This document shows, piece after piece, positions 9,707 through 17,875 of a stretch of DNA of 63,667 nt. Source of the DNA: Candidatus Sulfotelmatobacter sp. Lineage in GTDB: Bacteria > Acidobacteriota > Terriglobia > Terriglobales > Acidobacteriaceae. The position numbers and the translations under genes were made by a program. Below the pieces are notes generated by a model that worked only from the letters and a program-made list of their open reading frames with translations, ran no database searches and was not told the DNA's origin. The first letter of the stretch is position 1. Every line of letters starts with the position of its first letter. Location: NCBI GenBank assembly GCA_035701745.1, contig DASSRO010000088.1, forward strand, positions 1 to 63,667, given 5' to 3'.

Positions 9707-10075
9707 GTGCCCACCACTCGCGAGCATCTGGCAAGGGCTCATCAGAATGTTGCCTTCGCTCAATCCTTCGATCTAAAGACAACCCCATATATTGATTGAG
9801 TGGTCACGGCATATTTCTACGCTGCATTGCACCTTGTGGATGCGTTGCTGTGGGAAGAGGATAAACTCAATCCAGAAGGTCACGAGATTCGCAGAGAATA
9901 CGTGAGGACCAAGCCCTACCTTCGCGAGATTCGAAACGAATACAGGACGTTAAAGGATCACAGCGAAGACGCTCGATATAGGCTTATCACCATGACAAGC
10001 CATAAAATCCAGGACAAGATCATCCCGCTGTATCAAGCAATCGAGAGACACATCCTCCCGCAACTCCCAATCTAA
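9707..10075 (+). pseudogene. HEPN-like protein gene interrupted by an in-frame TGA (9797-9799)
   Basis: The frame is continuous from GTG 9707: VPTTREHLARAHQNVAFAQSFDLKTTPYID-TGA-VVTAYFYAALHLVDALLW...SEDARYRLITMTSH (R-x6-H). The stop sits where a Trp (TGG) would fit the pattern DW-VT-FYAALH. The HEPN call is from memory of the fold signature. Confidence 0.4.
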
Positions 10076-10308
10076 ATATTCTTACTTTTCTTTCGTGTTT
10101 TTCCCCGGCGGCTTCACTTTCAAAACGTCCGCTATCGTTTCCTTGAACTGGAAGGGGATGTGGGGGATCGGCTTCGAGTTCGTAACCTTCTGTCTTTGTT
10201 CGGCGTTCGTGACGCTGAATAGGTGCTAACTCCGGTAAAGCTGTTGGGCGCTCATGCCCTTCTTGCTGGCGAAAAGCAGATGGTGGAGCGTTTCCGAAGG
10301 TACCTCGT

Positions 10309-11076
10309 TCAGTGGGCGCCCGGACCCAGGCCGGCGCCGTAGTATTCGGAGACTGCCGTTTTCTCCTCGGCAGTCAGCTGGCGCGCAATGCTGCGCATGC
10401 GAACGTTAATGTCATTGGCCCGGGATCCCTCTGAAAAATGCTCGAGCTGCTGTTGCAGATAGGCGCCATTCTGGGTAGCGAGCGGCGGAGCGCCTTTCAC
10501 ATAGCTCACAGGACCGTGGCACGATTGGCAGGGTGGAATGCCGCGCTGGCCATCTCCGAAAACAATGAGGCGCATGGCGAGCAAAGCGCGGGAAGGGTCC
10601 TGCATGGCCTGTGGAAAGGCGCGGTTGTCCTGGGGATCGCTCGCGGTGGGCAGCATGGAGAAATATGCAGCCAAATCGGCCGAGTCGCGAGTGGAAATAG
10701 CCTCGGCGATGACCTGCATGACTGGCGAAGCACGTTTTGCGGATCGAAAATCCTGCATCTGTTTCCAGAACGACAAGCGGTCGAAGCCCGCGAGGTTGGG
10801 GTAGGCGGAAGTGGAGCTGTATCCTTCTTCGCCATGGCAATGATTGCAACGTCGGGCAAGAAGCAATCCGCGGAAGGCATTGCCTGCGGAAACGACCCTA
10901 AGCGTTTCTTCGGTCCAGGCCACGTTCGACGGGATGCGAACCGGCGGTTCCGAGTTCATCGATTGGGCGGAAGAGCCCCTTCCGGCTAAGAGGACGGCAA
11001 TCTCACACAAAAGTGTTAAGAGTCCTAGCCACCGCGTGCCGATTCGCCGGGGCGGAGTGTTACTGGCGCAGATCAC
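10309..11076 (-). CDS. diheme c-type cytochrome (c4-like)
   Basis: Two CxxCH heme-binding motifs (CNHCHG, CQSCHG) in two similar halves, with an N-terminal signal/anchor. It overlaps the upstream CuA gene by 17 nt. Confidence 0.8.
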   Translation of the reverse strand: MICASNTPPRRIGTRWLGLLTLLCEIAVLLAGRGSSAQSMNSEPPVRIPSNVAWTEETLRVVSAGNAFRGLLLARRCNHCHGEEGYSSTSAYPNLAGFDRLSFWKQMQDFRSAKRASPVMQVIAEAISTRDSADLAAYFSMLPTASDPQDNRAFPQAMQDPSRALLAMRLIVFGDGQRGIPPCQSCHGPVSYVKGAPPLATQNGAYLQQQLEHFSEGSRANDINVRMRSIARQLTAEEKTAVSEYYGAGLGPGAH

Positions 11077-11581
11077 AGGTCCGCCTTTCGCCGGGAAGCA
11101 GGGAGGTGAACTGATCGCGCGGGACCACGTTCAGCTGGCCTCTCATCGCATAATGCCCGGCCCCGCAGAATTCATGGCACGGGATCTTGAATGTGCCGGG
11201 CTTAGCAAAAGTGAAGGTCGCTTCGGTGACGGTCCCCGGCACAACTTTCAGGCCGTAATCGGTACCCAGGAAGCTCAGCATGTGCACGACGTCGGCACTG
11301 GTGATTCGAAAGGTGACGGGGACACCGGCAGGCACGACAACGCACTGAGGAACGAAAACGAATTGCTGAGCGATCATGCGGACGGTAAGGGAAGCAGACG
11401 GCCCTTGCGCGGCGCCCAGATTGCTTTCGACGAACTCTCCCTGGAGGTGTAACGCCGAAGGCTCGGGCCCTTCGCCGCCGCCGAAGAAATGATAGATGGG
11501 CAACTCGGCCATGTAGTAGCGAGTGGACAAGAGCGCCAGAGCTAACAGCGTCATGGCGGCTACAAACCCGATCTTTTTCAT
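11060..11581 (-). CDS. cytochrome oxidase subunit II-like CuA cupredoxin protein (single TM, ba3/B-family-like)
   Basis: Complete CuA ligand set: SADVVHMLSF...KVVPG and CHEFCGAGHYAM. One N-terminal TM helix. Short length resembles ba3-type subunit II. Start taken at MKKIGFVAAM (11581). Confidence 0.75.
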   Translation of the reverse strand: MKKIGFVAAMTLLALALLSTRYYMAELPIYHFFGGGEGPEPSALHLQGEFVESNLGAAQGPSASLTVRMIAQQFVFVPQCVVVPAGVPVTFRITSADVVHMLSFLGTDYGLKVVPGTVTEATFTFAKPGTFKIPCHEFCGAGHYAMRGQLNVVPRDQFTSLLPGERRTCDLRQ

Positions 11582-12048
11582 TTCAGCTGATCCGTATAAG
11601 ACAGGAATGCCAAGATAGAGCCGAACCAACCACTCGATTTAGCCGTATTGGTTTCTCCGCGGCGTATTGTATTCCCGGCGCGAGTGAATTGATGGAACCG
11701 GGCAATTATTGAACTTTTCGGCGTGCAGTTTTCGGTTTGCAGACTTGACAGCGTTGGAAACGGTGGATGAGTCGTTTCCAGAGTGGCCAGGCCTGCTTCT
11801 CGATTTCGTGTTGCCATCGAGGTCCAAACACTTTCTTTTGAATCTCTGGATCGCTGACGCCCATACGACGACTCCCAGGTGGTTTACGGGACGACTCAAA
11901 AGGCGTTTCCCGGCCGATGGCCTTGGCTTAGATTGTGCAGCCAAGAGGACGAATGTTGCAATAAGGACGCGGTAAACGATGATATTGCTGGCGCAGTGGT
12001 TACGAAGTCAGATGAGGCACTCGCAAGCGAATGATTTTTTTAAGCTGA

Positions 12049-12076
12049 AGAAAAAAACAGACCTTGAAAGGTCTGT
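12049..12076 (-). terminator. rho-independent terminator of rpsT
   Basis: Perfect 7-bp stem CAGACCT/AGGTCTG (12058-12064 / 12069-12075) with a 4-nt loop. On the minus strand it is followed by a T7 run (plus-strand A-run 12051-12057). It lies about 33 nt after the rpsT stop. Confidence 0.65.
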
Positions 12077-12108
12077 CCGGTGAGGCTGATGGTTGAGGGC
12101 CGAGAGGG

Positions 12109-12372
12109 TTATTTCATCGCGCCGACGCGCACGCCGAGCCGGGACTTGTAGCGCGAGGCGGTATTCTCGTGCAGGGTGCCCTTCTGGATGGCTTTGTCGA
12201 GGGCCGAAACGGTCTGGCGGTAAGCCTGTTCGGCGGCGGCTTTGTCGCCTTTTTCGATGGTCTCACGCAGAGCGCGCAACTGGGTGCGGAGGGTAGAGGT
12301 GTTGGCGCGGTTGCGGGCGGTGCGGCGTTCGGTTTGGCGCGCACGCTTCAGCGCCGAGAGATGGTTTGCCAT
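12109..12372 (-). CDS. rpsT: 30S ribosomal protein S20
   Basis: 87 aa, beginning [22 protein letters not shown] and ending [12 protein letters not shown]. Classic S20 sequence. Confidence 0.95.
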   Translation of the reverse strand: MANHLSALKRARQTERRTARNRANTSTLRTQLRALRETIEKGDKAAAEQAYRQTVSALDKAIQKGTLHENTASRYKSRLGVRVGAMK

Positions 12373-12551
12373 ATGGGGTTCGTTACCTTCGTGTCCTCAG
12401 AGAGATATTCGGGTGGGTCCGAATTCCTTATTATAGGGAAGCATTCCCGACCGGTCAAACATAAGAGATAGGGGCCGCAAAGGCGTCGCGCTATGGCTCG
12501 ACGGGGAGCCGGGGCGGTCCCGACAGCAACGATTCGGACGGCGGTTCAAAC

Positions 12552-14237
12552 ATGACAGACACCCTCGATCGCCTCAAAGTCTTAATTAACTCCTCCACTC
12601 CCATTGTGGTGATGGAGACGTCGGAGGAGACACACGCCATCGGGATGGTGCGCTCCGCCTGCGCCGAACTCAACATGGCGACGTTTGAATGGAGCATTGC
12701 TGATGGTCTGTTGCGCTCCGGCGCGAACAGTCCGCCCGACGCGCAGAAGAACCCGCTGCAGGCCCGCATCGATCAGGCGGCGAACTGGACTCACAGCCAG
12801 ACTCGCACCGCGCTCAGCCCTGGCGGCGCGGAGGCGGCCCGGCTCGCGCGGGCTATGGCGACATCCGTGGGCGGCGACACTTCTGCTGCCGCCGCGTCCG
12901 CTATCTACAATACGCGTGAACCGGCGCAGGCTCTCGCGAACATGGAGTCGATGACGGTCGAGGCGGTGTTCATCCTGAAGGATTTTCATCGTCACATGGA
13001 CGATCCCGTGGTTGTGCGCCGCTTGCGCGATGTGGGCCAGACATTTGCCGCCAACCGGCGCACGGTAATCATTACCGCTCCCGAGATTGCCGTGCCTGCC
13101 GAACTGACCACGCTGGTGGAATATTTCGATTTGCCGCTGCCGGATCGCGAGCGCCTGCACGAACTCATTCACGATACCTTCACGCGCCTTTCGAAGACGT
13201 ACACGTTGAAGCTGGAACTTGACGCGGGGGGAGTCGATGCGATGTCGGCCAACCTGCGCGGACTTACTGAAGAAGAGGCCGACCGCGCTATTTCACAGGC
13301 GCTGGTGACGCGCTACGCGCTGTGTGCCGAGAGCGTCACCGATGTGCTGGAGGCCAAGAAAAAGCTGCTGCGCCATTCGGGCATGCTCGAGTTCATCGAA
13401 GCCTCCGACAACATGGCCGCCGTCGGCGGATTGGAAAACTTGAAGCACTGGCTCGGCCAGCGTCGGGGGGCGTGGGAAGATGCGGCCCGCGAGTTCGGGC
13501 TGGAACCGCCGCGGGGCATGATCATTCTTGGAGTGCAGGGATGCGGGAAGTCGCTCTGCGCGCGGGCGGTCGCCGGCGAGTGGAAGCTGCCGCTGGTGAA
13601 GTTCGATACTTCTGCCGTCTACGACAAGTACATTGGCGAGACTGAGAAACGCATCCGCAAAGTGTTTCAGGTCGCAGAGGGACTGGCTCCGTGCGTTTTG
13701 TGGATCGATGAGTTGGAAAAAGTTTTCGCCGGGAGCGGCCCCGATTCCGCTTCGGCCGATGCCGGTGTCTCCTCGCGCCTGCTGGCCTCGTTCCTTTCAT
13801 GGATGCAGGACCGCAAGGCGGCGGTCTTCGTAGCCGCGACCTGCAACAACGTCACGGTGCTGCCGCCGGAGTTGATCCGCAAAGGCCGCTTTGACGAACT
13901 ATTTTTCGTCGACCTGCCCAATCAATCCGAACGCAAGCAGATCTTTGCGATTCAACTCGCGAAGCGCAAACGCAATCCCGCGGAGTTCGACCTGGAAAAA
14001 GTTGCGGGTGCTGCGCGGGGATACTCCGGCGCCGAAATCGATGCGGCTGTGCAAGGCGCGCTCTACGCCGCGTATTCCGAGAAGAAGCCGCTCTCTACAC
14101 AGTTGCTTGTGGACGCGCTAGGGCAGACCGTCCCACTCTCGACCACGCGCGCCGAAGAGATCGCGGCCTTGCGGGACTGGGCGAGAACCAGAGCCGTGCG
14201 GGCATCGGCCGGGGAAAGCGGCACGTCCGCGCAGTAA
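12552..14237 (+). CDS. AAA+ family ATPase with a long uncharacterised N-terminal region
   Basis: C-terminal classic-clade AAA module: Walker A GVQGCGKS, Walker B VLWIDELEK, ATCNN...PPELIRKGRFDE. About 300 N-terminal residues have no motif I recognise and include an Ala/Ser-rich low-complexity insert. Confidence 0.8.
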   Translation: MTDTLDRLKVLINSSTPIVVMETSEETHAIGMVRSACAELNMATFEWSIADGLLRSGANSPPDAQKNPLQARIDQAANWTHSQTRTALSPGGAEAARLARAMATSVGGDTSAAAASAIYNTREPAQALANMESMTVEAVFILKDFHRHMDDPVVVRRLRDVGQTFAANRRTVIITAPEIAVPAELTTLVEYFDLPLPDRERLHELIHDTFTRLSKTYTLKLELDAGGVDAMSANLRGLTEEEADRAISQALVTRYALCAESVTDVLEAKKKLLRHSGMLEFIEASDNMAAVGGLENLKHWLGQRRGAWEDAAREFGLEPPRGMIILGVQGCGKSLCARAVAGEWKLPLVKFDTSAVYDKYIGETEKRIRKVFQVAEGLAPCVLWIDELEKVFAGSGPDSASADAGVSSRLLASFLSWMQDRKAAVFVAATCNNVTVLPPELIRKGRFDELFFVDLPNQSERKQIFAIQLAKRKRNPAEFDLEKVAGAARGYSGAEIDAAVQGALYAAYSEKKPLSTQLLVDALGQTVPLSTTRAEEIAALRDWARTRAVRASAGESGTSAQ

Positions 14238-14504
14238 ATTGCGGCGGAATTGGTGTTCGCACTTCTCAGCTTCATCGGCTGCTGTGCTGCCCAGGCCTCG
14301 GTGGTTAAGAGCTTCGTTCCCGACGATTTGACTCCCTCACCGACCCGGGGTAGGCTTTATGGTTAATGGTAGTGACTTGCCTTCTGGGCATGCGCATTCC
14401 GGCTGGTCCCGTCTCCAAGCGAAACCCTGTTTTGTTCCTGACGCGGAGCCGGCACAGGTGTATCTCAACGTACGCATCTGCCGGGCTTGGCCCGGATGGT
14501 CAGC

Positions 14505-14552
14505 CCCTTCGATTGCGCTCAAGGCAGGCGAGGGCGGCTGTCCCCACATGGT
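14505..14552. repeat. single REP-like unit related to the 5859-5990 family (inverted orientation)
   Basis: The reverse complement of 14527-14548 is tgtggggacagccgccctcgcc, close to tgtggggacggccgcctcgg at 5901-5920. It accounts for the spurious N-terminal extension of the PhoH ORF (..FDCAQGRRGRLSPHG..). Confidence 0.7.
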
Positions 14553-14588
14553 TTCTCCAGGCATGAACCCAAAGGCACAGACCTAAGC

Positions 14589-15665
14589 ATGAAGAAGAGC
14601 ATCGGGGTAAGCCCCAACATCGAGACGTTTTTCGGCACGCGGGATGAGAATGTGCGCCTGCTCGAAGACGGCCTGAACGTCACCATCAATCTGCGGTCGA
14701 ATGCCATTGAACTGGAGGGCGCTGCGCGCGATGTGGCGCGGGCCGAGCAGGTCTTTGCCGACTACGAGGCTTTGCAGCGGTCGGGTTACACGTTCAACAA
14801 CGGGGACTTGAACAGCATGTTGCGCGTGCTGATCTCCGACCCTAATACAACGTTGCGCGGGCTCGCGGATGCCGGGCGCCAGCGCGCGTTCGGACGCCGG
14901 ACGGTACAACCCAAGAGCAGCAACCAGCGGCGTTATCTCGAGGCCATCGAAGGCCACGACATGGTGTTTGGCATTGGCCCGGCCGGTACGGGCAAGACTT
15001 ATCTTGCTGTCGCCATGGCGATCTCGGCGCTGCTGGCCAAGCGCGTGAACCGCATCATCCTGGCACGCCCCGCGGTGGAAGCCGGCGAGCGCCTGGGATT
15101 TTTGCCGGGCACGCTGCAGGACAAGATCGATCCGTATCTGCGTCCGCTCTACGACGCCCTTTATGACATGCTCGATCCGGAGAAAGTGGATCGCTACCTG
15201 GAGAAAAACGTCATTGAGATTGCGCCCATCGCCTTCATGCGCGGGCGCACGCTGAACGATTCTTTTGTCATCCTGGACGAGGCGCAGAACACGACTTCCG
15301 AGCAAATGAAGATGTTTGTCACGCGGCTGGGCTTCAATTCGAAAGCGGTGATTACGGGCGACGTCACCCAGATCGACCTGCCCAACGCGCGCCGCAGCGG
15401 ATTGCTGGAAGCGATGGATGTGCTGAAAACCGTGGACGGGCTCGCGTTCTGTCACTTTGACGAAACCGATGTGGTGCGGCATCACCTGGTGCAGCGGATT
15501 GTTCGCGCCTACGACGAGCACAAGACACGCTCCGCCGAGCAGCAGTTGCTTTTGCTGGCGGAACCCCGCCACGCGGACGCGGCCAGCGCCGGAAGACAGG
15601 CAGCCGCCGCAGCTCAAGGGGAGAAAGCGGCGTCCGATGCAAAGGGCGCCGAAGCCAAAGGATAG
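14589..15665 (+). CDS. phoH: PhoH family ATPase (YbeZ-like)
   Basis: Walker A GPAGTGKTYLAV, ILDEAQN, and the GD.TQIDLP motif. Start at MKKSIGV (14589). First gene of the phoH-ybeY-corC-era arrangement. Confidence 0.9.
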   Translation: MKKSIGVSPNIETFFGTRDENVRLLEDGLNVTINLRSNAIELEGAARDVARAEQVFADYEALQRSGYTFNNGDLNSMLRVLISDPNTTLRGLADAGRQRAFGRRTVQPKSSNQRRYLEAIEGHDMVFGIGPAGTGKTYLAVAMAISALLAKRVNRIILARPAVEAGERLGFLPGTLQDKIDPYLRPLYDALYDMLDPEKVDRYLEKNVIEIAPIAFMRGRTLNDSFVILDEAQNTTSEQMKMFVTRLGFNSKAVITGDVTQIDLPNARRSGLLEAMDVLKTVDGLAFCHFDETDVVRHHLVQRIVRAYDEHKTRSAEQQLLLLAEPRHADAASAGRQAAAAAQGEKAASDAKGAEAKG

Positions 15666-16344
15666 TGCAGGCGAATTGGGCCGGGAGGGTCGGCGGCCCT
15701 TCCGTTTGTTTTTTGCGGACCTGCTCCGGAGAGCTTTTGAAAAGAGCTTGGTGATTCTGGACTTGGTCATTCTGGAAAAGAGAGTCGCGGGAGTGAACGA
15801 GGCGGCGCTGGAACGCTTCGTACTGCGTGCCCGAAAGGCCGTGGGCTTAAGCGGGCAGGTGAATGTGCTGGTTACCAGCAGCGCGGCCGTACGCTCGCTC
15901 AACCAACAATTTCGCGACCAGGACAAAGCCACTGACGTGTTGTCGTTTCCAGCGGCCTCTTCCGCGCAGGGATCGCGTACCGCGACAAAGCTGGCCGGCG
16001 AGGTTGCGATCTCCGCTGACATCGCGTTGAAGAATTCATTCCGCCTCGGGCATACGGCAGCCGATGAAGTGAAAATCCTGGCGCTGCACGGAATCCTGCA
16101 CCTGGCGGGCTTTGATCACGAGCGCGATAATGGTGAAATGGCGCGCAAGGAAATGAAGTTACGCCACGCAATGGGCCTTCCCGAGGCGTTGATTGAAAGA
16201 GCAAAGATAGGACGAGCATCGACTGAACGAAGCAAGACGGAACGAGCCAAGGCCGAGCCAGTGACGGGCGGACTGTCGAAGCGCGTCTCCCGCAGGGGAC
16301 TTACGAAACTCCGCCGAAGCGCCCCCGTCCGGAGAACGGCATGA
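15637..16344 (+). CDS. ybeY: rRNA maturation endoribonuclease YbeY
   Basis: Zinc motif HGILHLAGFDHE and DVLSFP. The start is uncertain: ATG 15637 overlaps phoH by 29 nt, and in-frame TTG 15748 or GTG 15751 are alternatives. It has a ~50-aa Lys/Arg-rich C-terminal tail and an ATGA overlap with the next gene. Confidence 0.8.
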   Translation: MQRAPKPKDSAGELGREGRRPFRLFFADLLRRAFEKSLVILDLVILEKRVAGVNEAALERFVLRARKAVGLSGQVNVLVTSSAAVRSLNQQFRDQDKATDVLSFPAASSAQGSRTATKLAGEVAISADIALKNSFRLGHTAADEVKILALHGILHLAGFDHERDNGEMARKEMKLRHAMGLPEALIERAKIGRASTERSKTERAKAEPVTGGLSKRVSRRGLTKLRRSAPVRRTA

Positions 16345-17606
16345 ACATTGCTATCGCCATGGCTTTGCTTCTGTTGCTTGGGTTGCTGACGCTGGTCTCC
16401 TACGTCGATCGCGTCTATCAGGAAGTCGGCAAGTTTCTCTCGCGGGAATTTCAGGATAATGTCGATGTCTTCGAGCAGAAGATCGAGCCCAAGCTTGGGG
16501 TGGCGCGCTCACGGGCCTCGTTGTCGATGTCTGTGCTCACTCAACTCACCATGGCGACGATCGCGTTGCTGATCGGCTATCTGGTATTCAGCGATCAGGA
16601 GTGGAGCATCTACGAGATTTCGCAGGCGGCGATCAGCCTGATCCTTATCGTCATTCTGTGCAACCGCTTTTTGCCGTTCGTATTTTTTTCTCGCACCAAG
16701 GGCGACTGGCTCATTCATTGGACGCTGGTTCTGAAGATCCTGATTTATCTGGTCATGCCAGTCACGATCGTGCTTGGTTTCCTGCAGTCGGTGGCGTCGC
16801 TGACGCGGCAGAACACTGCCGAAGAGCCGGAGACTTCAGCGGAGGCGGTGGACGCGTTGATCGAAGCCGGCCAGGAAGAAGGAATTATTCAGGAGGGCGA
16901 TCGCGACCTGATCCAGTCGGTGGTGGAGTTCAGCGGCAAGACGGTGCGCGAGGCGATGAAGCCGCGTCCGCAGATGTTTGCCGTGCCCACCGATACCACG
17001 GTCGAGCGCTTCATCGAATTGCTGCGCGTGAAGCACTACTCGCGCGTGCCGGTATACGAAGGCAGCATTCATAACATCAAGGGGATCGTTTACACGCAGG
17101 ACGTGCTGCAGGTGCCGGACAGCGAAGCCCACGTCCGCATCGTGGAGACGATTATGCGGCGCGATGTTTATTTTGTGCCGGAGAGCAAGCTAGGCAGCGA
17201 TCTGCTGCGGGAAATGCAGAAGCAGAACATCCGCATGGCCATTGTGGTCGACGAATACGGTGGGGTCGCGGGACTGGTCACCATCGAAGACCTGGTGGAA
17301 GAGATTGTGGGGGAGATTCGCGACGACCACGATAAGCCGGAGATCGTGCGCGAAGGCGAACGGTCGTTCATTGTTGCCGGGGGCATGGATGTGGACCGCC
17401 TGGATGAACTCTTCGGGAGCAAGCCCGAAGGAAAAGAGTCGGCGACCATCGCCGGGCTGGTCAGCGAGCTCGCCGGCCGGATTCCCCGCAAAGGCGAAGT
17501 GGTGCAGGATGACGGCCTGCGCTTTGAAGTCCTGGAGTCGACCGACCGCAAGGTGGAGAGGGTGCGGGTGAGCGCGGTTCAGCCGCAGCAGTTGAAGCTG
17601 ATTTGA
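16341..17606 (+). CDS. hemolysin/CorC family protein (CNNM/DUF21 TM domain, CBS pair, CorC_HlyC domain)
   Basis: 421 aa. N-terminal four-TM region, REAMKPR motif, CBS pair, then C-terminal IAGLV...P..GE domain. Confidence 0.85.
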   Translation: MNIAIAMALLLLLGLLTLVSYVDRVYQEVGKFLSREFQDNVDVFEQKIEPKLGVARSRASLSMSVLTQLTMATIALLIGYLVFSDQEWSIYEISQAAISLILIVILCNRFLPFVFFSRTKGDWLIHWTLVLKILIYLVMPVTIVLGFLQSVASLTRQNTAEEPETSAEAVDALIEAGQEEGIIQEGDRDLIQSVVEFSGKTVREAMKPRPQMFAVPTDTTVERFIELLRVKHYSRVPVYEGSIHNIKGIVYTQDVLQVPDSEAHVRIVETIMRRDVYFVPESKLGSDLLREMQKQNIRMAIVVDEYGGVAGLVTIEDLVEEIVGEIRDDHDKPEIVREGERSFIVAGGMDVDRLDELFGSKPEGKESATIAGLVSELAGRIPRKGEVVQDDGLRFEVLESTDRKVERVRVSAVQPQQLKLI

Positions 17607-17870
17607 AGCTTCTAGCTGCTAGCTGCTAGCTTCTAGCAAAGGCTCACTGCTCCCCGCTAAGGAAGCTAGGAGCTATTCGCTCCACTTGAATAATTCGGCA
17701 AGATCTTCCAGACCCAGCGTTCTTAACAATTGATCGCAGAAGATGAGCGCGTCGTCCGTGATGTTCGGGCTCGTGCTCGAACCCGGTTTCTGCTCTAAGA
17801 TGAAGGTAGATGCCGTGGATTGTAGCTAGTAGCTAGAAGCTAGTAGCTAGAAGCTAGTAGCTAGAAGCTT
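17607..17870. repeat. mirror pair of CTAG-containing heptamer arrays around a ~185-nt core
   Basis: Left arm 17607-17637: (AGCTTCT/AGCTGCT) x4 plus AGC. Right arm 17823-17869: (AGTAGCT/AGAAGCT) x6-7. The arms are imperfect reverse complements. The left arm starts right after the corC-like stop and the right arm ends 5 nt before the era ATG. Confidence 0.9.
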
Positions 17871-17875
17871 ATCCC

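Noticed and set aside
10222-10312. IS1595-like transposase fragment, considered for annotation as a mobile element.
   Set aside because: Only about 20 residues resemble the HTH segment. There are no inverted repeats, no DDE region and no start codon. It is kept only as a speculative remnant in the findings.
11706-11864. 52-codon minus-strand ORF (MGVSDPEIQKKVFGPRWQHEIEKQAWPLWKRLIHRFQRCQVCKPKTARRKVQ) upstream of the CuA gene.
   Set aside because: It is short, has no recognisable family and no convincing Shine-Dalgarno, and it lies in lower-GC non-coding DNA. It cannot be supported without comparative data.
14327-14355. Sigma-70-like promoter TTGACT-N17-TAGGCT about 230 nt upstream of phoH.
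   Set aside because: The -10 hexamer matches the consensus in only three positions. Promoter consensus for this lineage is uncertain, so this could easily be a chance match.
14583-16022. Long antisense ORFs opposite real genes. Examples: 14583..16022, 20916..21926, 24563..25717, 27057..28001, 28839..29681, 30848..31732, 34991..36073, 50979..52256, 53461..54651, 56979..58289.
   Set aside because: They lie exactly opposite genes with strong family motifs. They are Arg/Gly/Ala-rich with no recognisable motifs, as expected for stop-poor shadow frames in high-GC DNA.
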